From an uncultured Eubacteriales bacterium (GTDB lineage: Bacteria; Acidobacteriota; Aminicenantia; Aminicenantales; Aminicenantaceae): a DNA stretch of 64,000 nt. The position numbers and the translations under genes were made by a program. Positions 56,561 through 64,000 of this stretch are shown here, piece after piece. Each line of letters opens with the position of its first letter. Within the stretch, counting starts at the first letter, position 1. Where the stretch lies: assembly GCA_964348015.1 (NCBI GenBank), contig CAYGBC010000039.1:77998-141997 (forward strand), in the 5' to 3' direction. Under the pieces are notes generated by a model. It did not search any database. It saw nothing but the letters and a program-made list of their open reading frames with translations, and was not told the DNA's origin.

Positions 56561-58600
56561 CTATTTTTTGCCCGCCCATTTGAGCTGCTGATCCATCAGA
56601 TCCAACGGGTAGGATATCTCGACATCCGTGATCTTTCCAGATTCATTTTTGACCAGCGAGAGCTCTGGGACGACAAAAGCGATGAAATCGGGATACTCGA
56701 TCTCCTGGCATCTTTCTATGACTTCGTCTCTGAGAGCTGAGTCGATTTTGATGGCATAGGTGTTGATGAGTTTTTTCGCGGCTTCGAAATCTCCCTCCGC
56801 TTTGATGCGCATGATCTCAGCAAGTAGCTCGCCGATCCCTTCGCGGAAAAGGTCGAAGTTCTTGACTCTCCTGTAAGTTTTTCCTCCTTCTCGGTAAGTC
56901 TCCACGGCTTGAGTTTTCTCTTCCAAGTAAACCTGGATCAGATGCCCAGCCCTCATGTGGTCGTCCTCTATCCTGTCTCCTGTTTTTATCCTTCTCAGCA
57001 TGGTGAGGTCGCCCATAGCCTCTAATATGTATCCTGCCTTGGCGGCGGCTGTGTTAGGAAGAATGCCGAGTTCTACGAGCTTCGGGTCGTACAGGCTCCA
57101 GAGCGCCATCAGGTCTGCTCTGGCTTCCTCGAGTGTGTTGTAGTATTCCTGGAGATAGAATGAAGGATCTTCTGTGAGTTTCGAGCTGACTTTTCCCGAG
57201 CCGTGTCCGATCACCTCGTGCATGGCGATGATCACATCCACGGCCAGACTGCCGTATTTTTGCGCAAGCTCTTTTTCTTTTTGTGTTTCCAGGAATTCCT
57301 CGGAGGACTTTCCGCCGGTCACTTTCCGAGCGTCGCGCATAACGTTGTGAAGAAGAACGCTCTTGCTCCCGTAATTTTCCCGGATTTCCTGTTCGTTGGG
57401 CAGATTGATCCCGGCCGGGATTCGGGGGCCGGCATGGCCTCCGGCATTGACGACATCGATGGAATTGGCCACCGGAATCTGAGCGTGCGTCTTTTTGTAA
57501 TCCTCTTTCCAGGGTGAGTTTTTCTCGAAATACTGGGCGTTAGCGGCCAGGTCTTTCATCATCTGAGTGGTCTTTTTGTTGACATAGCTGATCACGCCTT
57601 CCCATTCTCCCTTCATGCCGCGTGAATCTTTGTAATTCTCGATGAATCCGATGATGAAATCGACAGTCGGGTCATCTTTCAGCCAGGAAATGTTGGCCTT
57701 CCGGAAGGAATCCGGGTCGCCCGTTTCGAAGTAATCGATCATGTGTTGAAGAGTGACTTTTTGCTGGTCACCCGCGTAAGGAAGAGCGAGCCGGAGGTTG
57801 GCGATGACTTCAGAAAGCTCTTTTTCATACAGGCCGGCAGGAAAATCCTTATTTCCTGTTCTCCACACCACTTCTTTCACTCTCCCTTTTTCTTTGATGA
57901 CTTTTGAATTCAGAGGGTATTTTTCTTTGAATCCCTCAAGGTCTTGAAGCGTGACATCGGGTGCATAGAAGTTATTCGCGCTCGCAGTGAGGATATCATG
58001 GCCTGGCGGAGGTGTTTTGGCTGTGACGAGAGGCTCGAATTCGGAGTCGAAGATAGCCTTTTCCAGCCTTTTCAGCTTTGTTTCTAAGGTTTCATTTTCT
58101 TCGAGGTCGAACTCGGCTCCGTTTTTTTGAGCTGTCCGGGCAGCCAAGAGGAACTCATCAAATGTGCAGGAGGGGACGAATTTTATCTTGGTGCGGGAGT
58201 TGTACTGGCAGTGGTCGATCCAGAAGAGTTTTGTGTAATCGAGGATGGATTGAAAAACAGCGGTGTCTATTCCTTTCGTGTGAGTGACGATTTCCTCCAG
58301 CATGTCTTTGATTTCTAACGCATGCCGGTGGCTCTGGTCGTAATCGATCCGTTCTCCGGCGATGACCGCTTGAGCGAGGTAATACGCCAGGATCTTTTCA
58401 TTCAAGTTGAGTTCTTCAAAGCCATCCGCGTAGAGCTGAGCCACTGCGGTCGTGCTGACCTGCTCCAGGAACACGGGCAAATCCTCATCCGATTCGACCT
58501 TGGACTTGCCACAATGATTTAAAAACAATACGATCAAAAACCCGCACAGCCAAAAAATAAAAATGCCATTGGCTGTGACTCGAAGGATTTTTTTCATCAT
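56561..58600 (-). CDS. M49 family peptidase (dipeptidyl-peptidase III-like), membrane-anchored or exported
   Basis: 679 aa with HEVIGHGSGK (HExxGH) and EEARADL (EExxAE) zinc motifs and a hydrophobic N-terminus. Confidence 0.82.
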   Translation of the reverse strand: MMKKILRVTANGIFIFWLCGFLIVLFLNHCGKSKVESDEDLPVFLEQVSTTAVAQLYADGFEELNLNEKILAYYLAQAVIAGERIDYDQSHRHALEIKDMLEEIVTHTKGIDTAVFQSILDYTKLFWIDHCQYNSRTKIKFVPSCTFDEFLLAARTAQKNGAEFDLEENETLETKLKRLEKAIFDSEFEPLVTAKTPPPGHDILTASANNFYAPDVTLQDLEGFKEKYPLNSKVIKEKGRVKEVVWRTGNKDFPAGLYEKELSEVIANLRLALPYAGDQQKVTLQHMIDYFETGDPDSFRKANISWLKDDPTVDFIIGFIENYKDSRGMKGEWEGVISYVNKKTTQMMKDLAANAQYFEKNSPWKEDYKKTHAQIPVANSIDVVNAGGHAGPRIPAGINLPNEQEIRENYGSKSVLLHNVMRDARKVTGGKSSEEFLETQKEKELAQKYGSLAVDVIIAMHEVIGHGSGKVSSKLTEDPSFYLQEYYNTLEEARADLMALWSLYDPKLVELGILPNTAAAKAGYILEAMGDLTMLRRIKTGDRIEDDHMRAGHLIQVYLEEKTQAVETYREGGKTYRRVKNFDLFREGIGELLAEIMRIKAEGDFEAAKKLINTYAIKIDSALRDEVIERCQEIEYPDFIAFVVPELSLVKNESGKITDVEISYPLDLMDQQLKWAGKK

Positions 58601-58636
58601 TTTCCTCCTCTTTTCATAGTGCAGAGATGAGTACTC

Positions 58637-58665
58637 ATTTTATCCTGTGTTCTCTCTTTAATCAA
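58637..58665 (-). promoter_or_regulatory. candidate sigma70-type promoter for the M49 peptidase gene
   Basis: On the minus strand: TTGATT (58665-58660), 17-nt spacer, TAAAAT (58642-58637). Confidence 0.4.
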
Positions 58666-58799
58666 CCCGACTTTTCCAGGGGAAATGCGACAGTCTGCTT
58701 TCAAATAGGACTGAGATTCGCGGCGGGTTTACACCCTCCATCAATTGTGATAAAAAAGGGAGGTCTTTATATCAAATCCATTTTAGAAAGGCTTGATCA

Positions 58800-59990
58800 A
58801 TGTGTGAATTGCGGGATGTTTTTATTGTCGGAGCCGCTCGAACGGCTATCGGGAACTTTTTAGGAACCCTTAAGGATTTTAGAGCGACAGATTTAGGAGG
58901 ATTGGCCATCAGGGAAGCGGTAAAGCGGGCGGCAGTTCAAGGAAAAGATGTTGATGAGGTGATCATGGGAAACGTTGTCTCGGCAGGGATCGGTCAGGCT
59001 CCTGCCAAGCAGGCGGCGATGAAAGGCGGGATTCCTCCCACGGTCAGCTGTTTTGCTGTGAACAAAGTCTGCGGCTCTGCCCTGAAGGCGGTGTCCCTGG
59101 CCGCCCAGGCGATCTGGCTCGAAGAGAAGGAGATAATCGTGGCTGGCGGGATGGAAAGCATGAGCCAGGCCCCGCATCTCCTCTGGGGTGCAAGGGAAGG
59201 CGTCAAGTTTGGAGACATGAAGATAAAGGATTCCATGATCCTCGATGGGCTGTGGTGTGCTTTCGATGACCAGCACATGGGCATGACAGGGGAAGTGGTG
59301 GCCATGAAATTCGGCGCCGCTCGGGAAGAACAGGATGCCTATGCCGCCAGCAGCCACGAGAAGGCCCTGCATGCCATCGAGAAGGGATATTTGAAGGAGG
59401 AGATCATCCCGGTCGAAGTTCCCCAGAGAAAAGGAGATCCCGTGATTTTCGATGTGGATGAGGGGCCTCGGAAGGACGCCACAATCGAGAAATTGTCTAA
59501 GCTCAGACCTGTTTTCAAGAAAGATGGGACAGTCACGGCCGGAAACGCGTCTAGTTTGAATGACGGAGGTGCGGCTGTGGTTGTGGCCTCAGCGGATGCG
59601 GTGAAAGACAAGAAGCTTCAACCTATGGCCCAAATTCTGGGCTCCGCGACGAACGCTGTCGAACCCTCAATGGTGATGTACGCGCCAAAAGGGGCCATTG
59701 AGAAGCTGTTGGCCGATATCGGATGGAAGATCGATGAGGTCGATCTTATCGAGATTAACGAAGCCTTTTCTTCTCAACTCGTTGTGTTAATAAAAGAGCT
59801 GGGCCTGGACAGGGAAAAAGTCAATGTCCATGGAGGAGCCGTGGCTTTGGGTCATCCGATCGGAGCCACGGGAGCAAGGATTCTCACAACCTTGATCTAT
59901 GCTCTCCAGCACAGGGATATGAAAAAGGGCATAGCGGCACTCTGCCTCGGCGGAGGAGACGCGGTAGCCATGGCTGTGGAACTGGTTTGA
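58800..59990 (+). CDS. acetyl-CoA acetyltransferase (thiolase II)
   Basis: 396 aa with the active-site Cys region [10 protein letters not shown], plus NEAFS and [11 protein letters not shown]. Confidence 0.92.
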   Translation: MCELRDVFIVGAARTAIGNFLGTLKDFRATDLGGLAIREAVKRAAVQGKDVDEVIMGNVVSAGIGQAPAKQAAMKGGIPPTVSCFAVNKVCGSALKAVSLAAQAIWLEEKEIIVAGGMESMSQAPHLLWGAREGVKFGDMKIKDSMILDGLWCAFDDQHMGMTGEVVAMKFGAAREEQDAYAASSHEKALHAIEKGYLKEEIIPVEVPQRKGDPVIFDVDEGPRKDATIEKLSKLRPVFKKDGTVTAGNASSLNDGGAAVVVASADAVKDKKLQPMAQILGSATNAVEPSMVMYAPKGAIEKLLADIGWKIDEVDLIEINEAFSSQLVVLIKELGLDREKVNVHGGAVALGHPIGATGARILTTLIYALQHRDMKKGIAALCLGGGDAVAMAVELV

Positions 59991-60003
59991 AAAAGGAGGG
60001 ATA

Positions 60004-60855
60004 ATGGCAGTCAATAAAATAGGAGTGGTGGGCGCCGGCACAATGGGAACGGGTATTGCCCAGGTTGCGGCCGCCTCCGAGTTCGAAGTCGTCCTGAACG
60101 ATACGGCTGAGGAGTTACTCCAGCGGTCAGTGAAAGCCGTGGATAAAAGCCTCACAAAGCTCTCTGAAAAAGGGAAGATCGAAGGAGACATTTCCAAAAT
60201 CCTCTCTCGCATAAAGACCACGACAAAATTAGCGGACCTTGGAAAAGTTGAATTTGTGGTGGAGGCTGTTTTTGAGGATTTTGAGGTGAAAAAGAAACTG
60301 CTTTTGGAGCTGGACAAACTGCTCGACCCGAAAGTGATCATCACCAGCAACACATCCTCCATTTCCATAACGCGTTTGGCCGCTTTGACGAGCCGCCCGG
60401 AGAGATTCATGGGCATGCATTTCATGAATCCTGTGCCTCTGATGGCACTCGTAGAATTGATCAAAGGCATCGCCACTTCACAGGAGACCTTCGAGGAGGT
60501 GAAATCCCTTGCTGAAAAAATGGGGAAGGTCCCTGTGGAAGCCAATGATTTTCCTGGTTTTATTTCCAACCGGATTCTTCTCCCGATGATCAACGAAGCC
60601 GTGTTTGCTTTGATGGAGGGGGTGGGAAGCGCAGAAGCCATCGATACGGTGATGAAGCTGGGCATGAACCATCCGATGGGCCCTCTGGCCTTGGCTGACT
60701 TGATCGGATTAGATGTTTGCCTCAACATCATGGAGGTGCTGTATGAGGGCTTCCGGGATCCGAAGTACAGGCCCTGTCCTCTGCTGCGAAAGATGGTGGA
60801 TGCGGGATACCTTGGCCGCAAAAGCGGAAAAGGATTTTATGGTTACAGCAAGTGA
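60004..60855 (+). CDS. hbd: 3-hydroxybutyryl-CoA dehydrogenase
   Basis: 283 aa with the NAD fold [13 protein letters not shown] and a 3HCDH C-terminal domain. Confidence 0.9.
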   Translation: MAVNKIGVVGAGTMGTGIAQVAAASEFEVVLNDTAEELLQRSVKAVDKSLTKLSEKGKIEGDISKILSRIKTTTKLADLGKVEFVVEAVFEDFEVKKKLLLELDKLLDPKVIITSNTSSISITRLAALTSRPERFMGMHFMNPVPLMALVELIKGIATSQETFEEVKSLAEKMGKVPVEANDFPGFISNRILLPMINEAVFALMEGVGSAEAIDTVMKLGMNHPMGPLALADLIGLDVCLNIMEVLYEGFRDPKYRPCPLLRKMVDAGYLGRKSGKGFYGYSK

Positions 60856-60985
60856 ACTTGGGATTTATTCTGGCCGGATGGACGTTCGTATGTTTAAGAA
60901 TCTTTAAATATAGGTTACAATAGGAATCACCGGAAAGGCGTGTGTTTCCGAATAGATTGAAGCCCATGGATGTGGGGAGGAAAAA

Positions 60986-62056
60986 ATGAACGAAGACGCT
61001 GACGAAAAACAAGGTTCAAGGAATAAAGCGATCGAGGCGGCGGTTTCTCAGATCGAGAAGCAGTTCGGCAAGGGAGCTGTGATGAAACTCGGGCAGAAGG
61101 AAGTGGCGATTCGAGTTCCTGCAATTCCCACTGGCTCCATCGCTTTCGATTTAAGCCTTGGAATCGGAGGCTTTCCGAGAGGAAGAGTGGTCGAGGTTTT
61201 TGGCCCTGAAGCCACAGGAAAGACGACCCTTGCGCTTCATGTTATAGCTGAGGCCCAGAAGCTGGGCGGACAGGCAGCCTTTATAGATGCCGAACATGCT
61301 CTGGATCCCGTTTATGCGGCCAGTGTGGGCGTGGATGTGGATGATCTCCTGATATCCCAGCCCGATTTCGGTGAGCAGGCCCTGGAGATAGCGGAGATGC
61401 TTGTCCGCAGCAATGCCGTCGATGTGATTGTGGTGGATTCTGTGGCCGCCCTTGTTCCCAAAGCAGAGCTTGAAGGCGAAATGGGGGATGCCCATATGGG
61501 TCTGCAAGCGCGACTCATGTCTCAGGCTCTCCGGAAGCTGACAGCTATAGTCAGCCGGTCGAAGACATGCTTCATTTTTGTGAACCAAATTAGAGAAAAA
61601 ATCGGTTTTTTCCTGGGAAGCCCCGAGACGACGACAGGAGGAAGAGCGCTGAAATTTTACTCATCATTGAGGATCGACATCAGGAGGCTGGCCACCATCA
61701 AAGAAGGCGATAAAGTCATCGGAAATAGGGTGAAAGTGAAAATTGTCAAGAATAAGATGGCCCCTCCTTTCAGACTTTCTCAGTTCGACATCATCTATGG
61801 AGAGGGGATATCCAAAGAAGGCGACCTGGTTGACACCGGGCAGGAGGCGGGAATCATTGAAAAAACCGGGACCTGGTATTCTTATAAAGGAGAACGGCTG
61901 GGCCAGGGTCGCGAGAATGTCAAGAAACTGCTGAAAGAGAACCAAGAACTTGCGGCCCAATTGGATGCAGAAATTCGAAGAGCCGTTGGGCTCCTTCCTG
62001 AGGAAAAGTCCCCGAAAAAGCCGCAGGAGAAAAAGGAAGAGAAGACCGAAGAATAA
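60986..62056 (+). CDS. recA: recombinase RecA
   Basis: 356 aa with Walker [10 protein letters not shown] plus the [10 protein letters not shown] and VVDSVAAL motifs. Confidence 0.96.
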   Translation: MNEDADEKQGSRNKAIEAAVSQIEKQFGKGAVMKLGQKEVAIRVPAIPTGSIAFDLSLGIGGFPRGRVVEVFGPEATGKTTLALHVIAEAQKLGGQAAFIDAEHALDPVYAASVGVDVDDLLISQPDFGEQALEIAEMLVRSNAVDVIVVDSVAALVPKAELEGEMGDAHMGLQARLMSQALRKLTAIVSRSKTCFIFVNQIREKIGFFLGSPETTTGGRALKFYSSLRIDIRRLATIKEGDKVIGNRVKVKIVKNKMAPPFRLSQFDIIYGEGISKEGDLVDTGQEAGIIEKTGTWYSYKGERLGQGRENVKKLLKENQELAAQLDAEIRRAVGLLPEEKSPKKPQEKKEEKTEE

Positions 62057-62311
62057 CCTGCCGAAGAGTCGCGTCAAAAACGAAGCCATTCATTAAGGTC
62101 AGCAGCACCACACAGCAGATCAAAAATTTTGGTGTTCCTTCATTTCTCTTTTCACGAAGCGGGCGACGTCTTCCGGTGTGGCAGACCAGACATCCTTGAA
62201 TTTTTTGCATGGGGGGATGTGTCTTTCGAACATCGCCATACGCTTCTGGTGTTCGGTGTATTTGGGCCGCGTGGTGAGTTTACATCGGGGATTATGTCAA
62301 AGAGTACAGGA

Positions 62312-63040
62312 TTACCACGGTTGGCCGACGACGGTCATGTAGACAACACTCTCCTCTTCGCCGTCAATCCCGAGGAGCGCGTTCACCTCTTCATCGTAGA
62401 GAGCTCCGATCTGGCATGTTCCAAAGTTGAGGGAGACTGCGGCGAGAGCGAGATTCTGGGCGATGTGTCCGGCGTCGAGATAAACGTAACGGTAGGCTCT
62501 CTGGTTGTATTTCCACTTTGAGCGCTGGAACACCGCTGTCCAGATGAAAACGACGTTGGCGGAGAAGGCCATATCCTGGTCAAGAGCAGCGCGGGCAACG
62601 GATTCTCGAAAATCGCCTTTCTCGAGCTGTTCGAGTTCATGGTTCCGCACTCCGTAATGATAAATTCCGGGTTCAATCTCCTCGATGTTGTGAGCGGCAA
62701 GATAGGTCTCCACAGGATAGAGAGCCCCGGCTGATGGGGCTGCGCGGAATTCGAAGCCAACGGCTTCGTGTGTGATTCCCTGAGTGGACCAGAGGAGCTG
62801 GCTCAGGTCATTCCTTGCCATCGGCTTAGACTTGAAGTTCCGTATGCTGCGGCGGCGGTTTATCGCTTCCCAGAGAGGCATCCCTCCTTTTATTTGGACA
62901 GCGTCCAGTTTGTATTTGGGAGCATCTGGATAGACTTTGTAGGCTTCGGGCTTGGAATGCCAGAGAAGGGGGCCGCCCCCGAGCTTTCCCCGGATGTACT
63001 GTGTGTCTTTCTGGAAAAAGTCACCTGTGCCTTTTTTCAT
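62312..63040 (-). CDS. SagB/ThcOx-type nitroreductase-family dehydrogenase
   Basis: 242 aa from the ATG at 63040 (AAGGAAG upstream). Motifs are RRSIRNF, PSAGALYP and YLDAGH. The track ORF extends further 5' into the neighbouring gene. Confidence 0.75.
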   Translation of the reverse strand: MKKGTGDFFQKDTQYIRGKLGGGPLLWHSKPEAYKVYPDAPKYKLDAVQIKGGMPLWEAINRRRSIRNFKSKPMARNDLSQLLWSTQGITHEAVGFEFRAAPSAGALYPVETYLAAHNIEEIEPGIYHYGVRNHELEQLEKGDFRESVARAALDQDMAFSANVVFIWTAVFQRSKWKYNQRAYRYVYLDAGHIAQNLALAAVSLNFGTCQIGALYDEEVNALLGIDGEEESVVYMTVVGQPW

Positions 63041-63071
63041 TTTTCTTCCTTTGTGGATTGATATAATTTTT

Positions 63072-64000
63072 TCATTTTTTCTTTTTGATCTCTGCGAGAT
63101 TCTTTTTGGCTTCTTCGAGTTTGGGATCGAGCTCCAAGGCCTTTTTATAAAAACTTCTCGCTTTTTCCAAGTTGCCGGTTTTCGCGTACATGTTTCCGAT
63201 TTCCAGATGAAGTTCGGCATTCTTGGGATCAAGTTCCAGGAAAATATCTGCCAGAGCAAAGACATCTTCGATATTTTGAGTTCTTTCCAGATGTCTCGCG
63301 ATCAAAGAGAAGCGGTTCAGGGAAACGCTGGGATGGTCGGGGTCCAGCCCAAAGGCTTCCTTAAAGTATTTCCGTGCGTCTTCCACGTTGCCTGTCCAGA
63401 GATGGGCGGTGGCAAGGTGGCTGGCTGCGGCAGGAGATCTGGGATAGAGCGTGTAGCAGAAGTTAAATATTTGGAAGGAGATTTCCGTTTCATCGTTCCA
63501 CAAGTGATACAGTCCGGACTCTCCCATCTCCCGGCTGAAATCCGGGTACAGGCTGGCTTCGAAAAAAGTCTCGGTCAAGCGGGGAATCCATTCTTTAAAG
63601 TCAGTCTTCATTGTAATACAGAGATTGCGGATAGACTCGGTGTAGACTGTTGACCACTCTTTGACCCAGTCGGAGATCAATCCCGAGAATCCTTCTGAAA
63701 ATTTGAACTTTTTCTTGTCGGAGGGCCACTGACTGCTGATCTCAATGTAATCTTTGAAGAAGAAAAGAGGGCCTTTCTTGTGATAACTGTGAAATTTATC
63801 TTCACCCAGATTCTCTTTCAGAGTGGAAGCCATGAAGGTGCCAACTTTTATGAATGCTTGACCAGAAAGAGGGTGAAAGCCATTATATATCCTCTTTTTC
63901 GCATCTTTGATATTTCTTTCGATAACATTCTTTTTAACATGCCTGTTGAAGTGGGAAAAAGCTTTGGCCAGTTCCTTCTCTCCTGCGAGGACATTCTTAC
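63072..64000 (-). CDS. TPR-repeat protein, 5' end truncated by the window edge
   Basis: The reading frame stays open from 64000 through the track ATG at 63833. The C-terminal third has TPR-like repeats (…AELHLEIGNMYAKTGNLEKARSFYKKALELDP…). Confidence 0.6.
   Translation of the reverse strand, partial: KNVLAGEKELAKAFSHFNRHVKKNVIERNIKDAKKRIYNGFHPLSGQAFIKVGTFMASTLKENLGEDKFHSYHKKGPLFFFKDYIEISSQWPSDKKKFKFSEGFSGLISDWVKEWSTVYTESIRNLCITMKTDFKEWIPRLTETFFEASLYPDFSREMGESGLYHLWNDETEISFQIFNFCYTLYPRSPAAASHLATAHLWTGNVEDARKYFKEAFGLDPDHPSVSLNRFSLIARHLERTQNIEDVFALADIFLELDPKNAELHLEIGNMYAKTGNLEKARSFYKKALELDPKLEEAKKNLAEIKKKK

Noticed and set aside
60856-60985. I looked for a LexA/SOS box upstream of recA. GTTCGTATGTTT at about 60877-60888 was the candidate.
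   Set aside because: It does not fit the CTGT-N8-ACAG, GAAC-N4-GTTC or GTTC-N7-GTTC type boxes. There is only one half-site-like GTTC, so there is no basis for a call.
1-64000. Window-wide scan for CRISPR arrays, tRNA/rRNA genes, transposases or integrases, prophage genes, toxin-antitoxin pairs and known defence systems.
   Set aside because: None was seen. There are no regularly spaced direct repeats, no cloverleaf-compatible intergenic sequences, and every ORF over 100 aa outside the items listed is either a recognisable housekeeping or efflux gene or an antisense shadow ORF.

Overview
This 64 kb window is about 50% GC and comes from a diderm bacterium. It carries a complete KDO/LPS precursor pathway, TolC-type outer-membrane factors, and the YidC/YidD genes. 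I cannot assign taxonomy from sequence alone.

Coding density is high and most genes are recognisable housekeeping genes:
- accA-hisS-aspS.
- A pair of M16 peptidases.
- manB/manC.
- kdsC-kdsD-kdsA-pyrG-kdsB.
- The origin-proximal block bactofilin-parB-parA-(parS)-mnmG-mnmE-jag-yidC-yidD-rnpA-rpmH.
- carD, a CNNM-type transporter, smpB and pdxA.
- Three gene sets forming a roughly 15 kb efflux region: an HME-type RND triplet, a MacAB-like ABC exporter with TolC, and an ECF sigma/anti-sigma/LTXXQ-protein module.
- One operon joining succinate dehydrogenase/fumarate reductase (sdhCAB) to a Rieske/cytochrome b complex.
- radC, fhs, an M49 peptidase, thiolase-hbd, recA, a SagB-type nitroreductase and a window-truncated TPR protein.

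I found no rRNA, tRNA, CRISPR array, transposase, integrase or recognisable defence system.

Five things are not explained by routine annotation:
1. A two-copy intergenic element of about 250-420 nt (13.5-13.8 kb and 53.6-54.0 kb). It is an imperfect palindrome with conserved arms and a variable centre, and it looks non-coding. It could be a MITE/ERIC-like repeat or an undescribed structured RNA. This is my best candidate for something new.
2. An ORF of about 850 aa that fuses a kinase-like domain to a polytopic membrane domain. It has its own promoter and sits in an operon with a SAM methyltransferase.
3. An identical bipartite ECF-type promoter motif (GGAAGAT-N14-CGTCTAAA) in front of both the ECF sigma operon and a small secreted protein gene.
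4. The complex II plus Rieske/cyt b operon, which has a single small membrane anchor and no c-type cytochrome.
5. An Hfq-like Sm protein translationally coupled to pdxA.

All functional calls rest on motifs read by eye. No database search was run.
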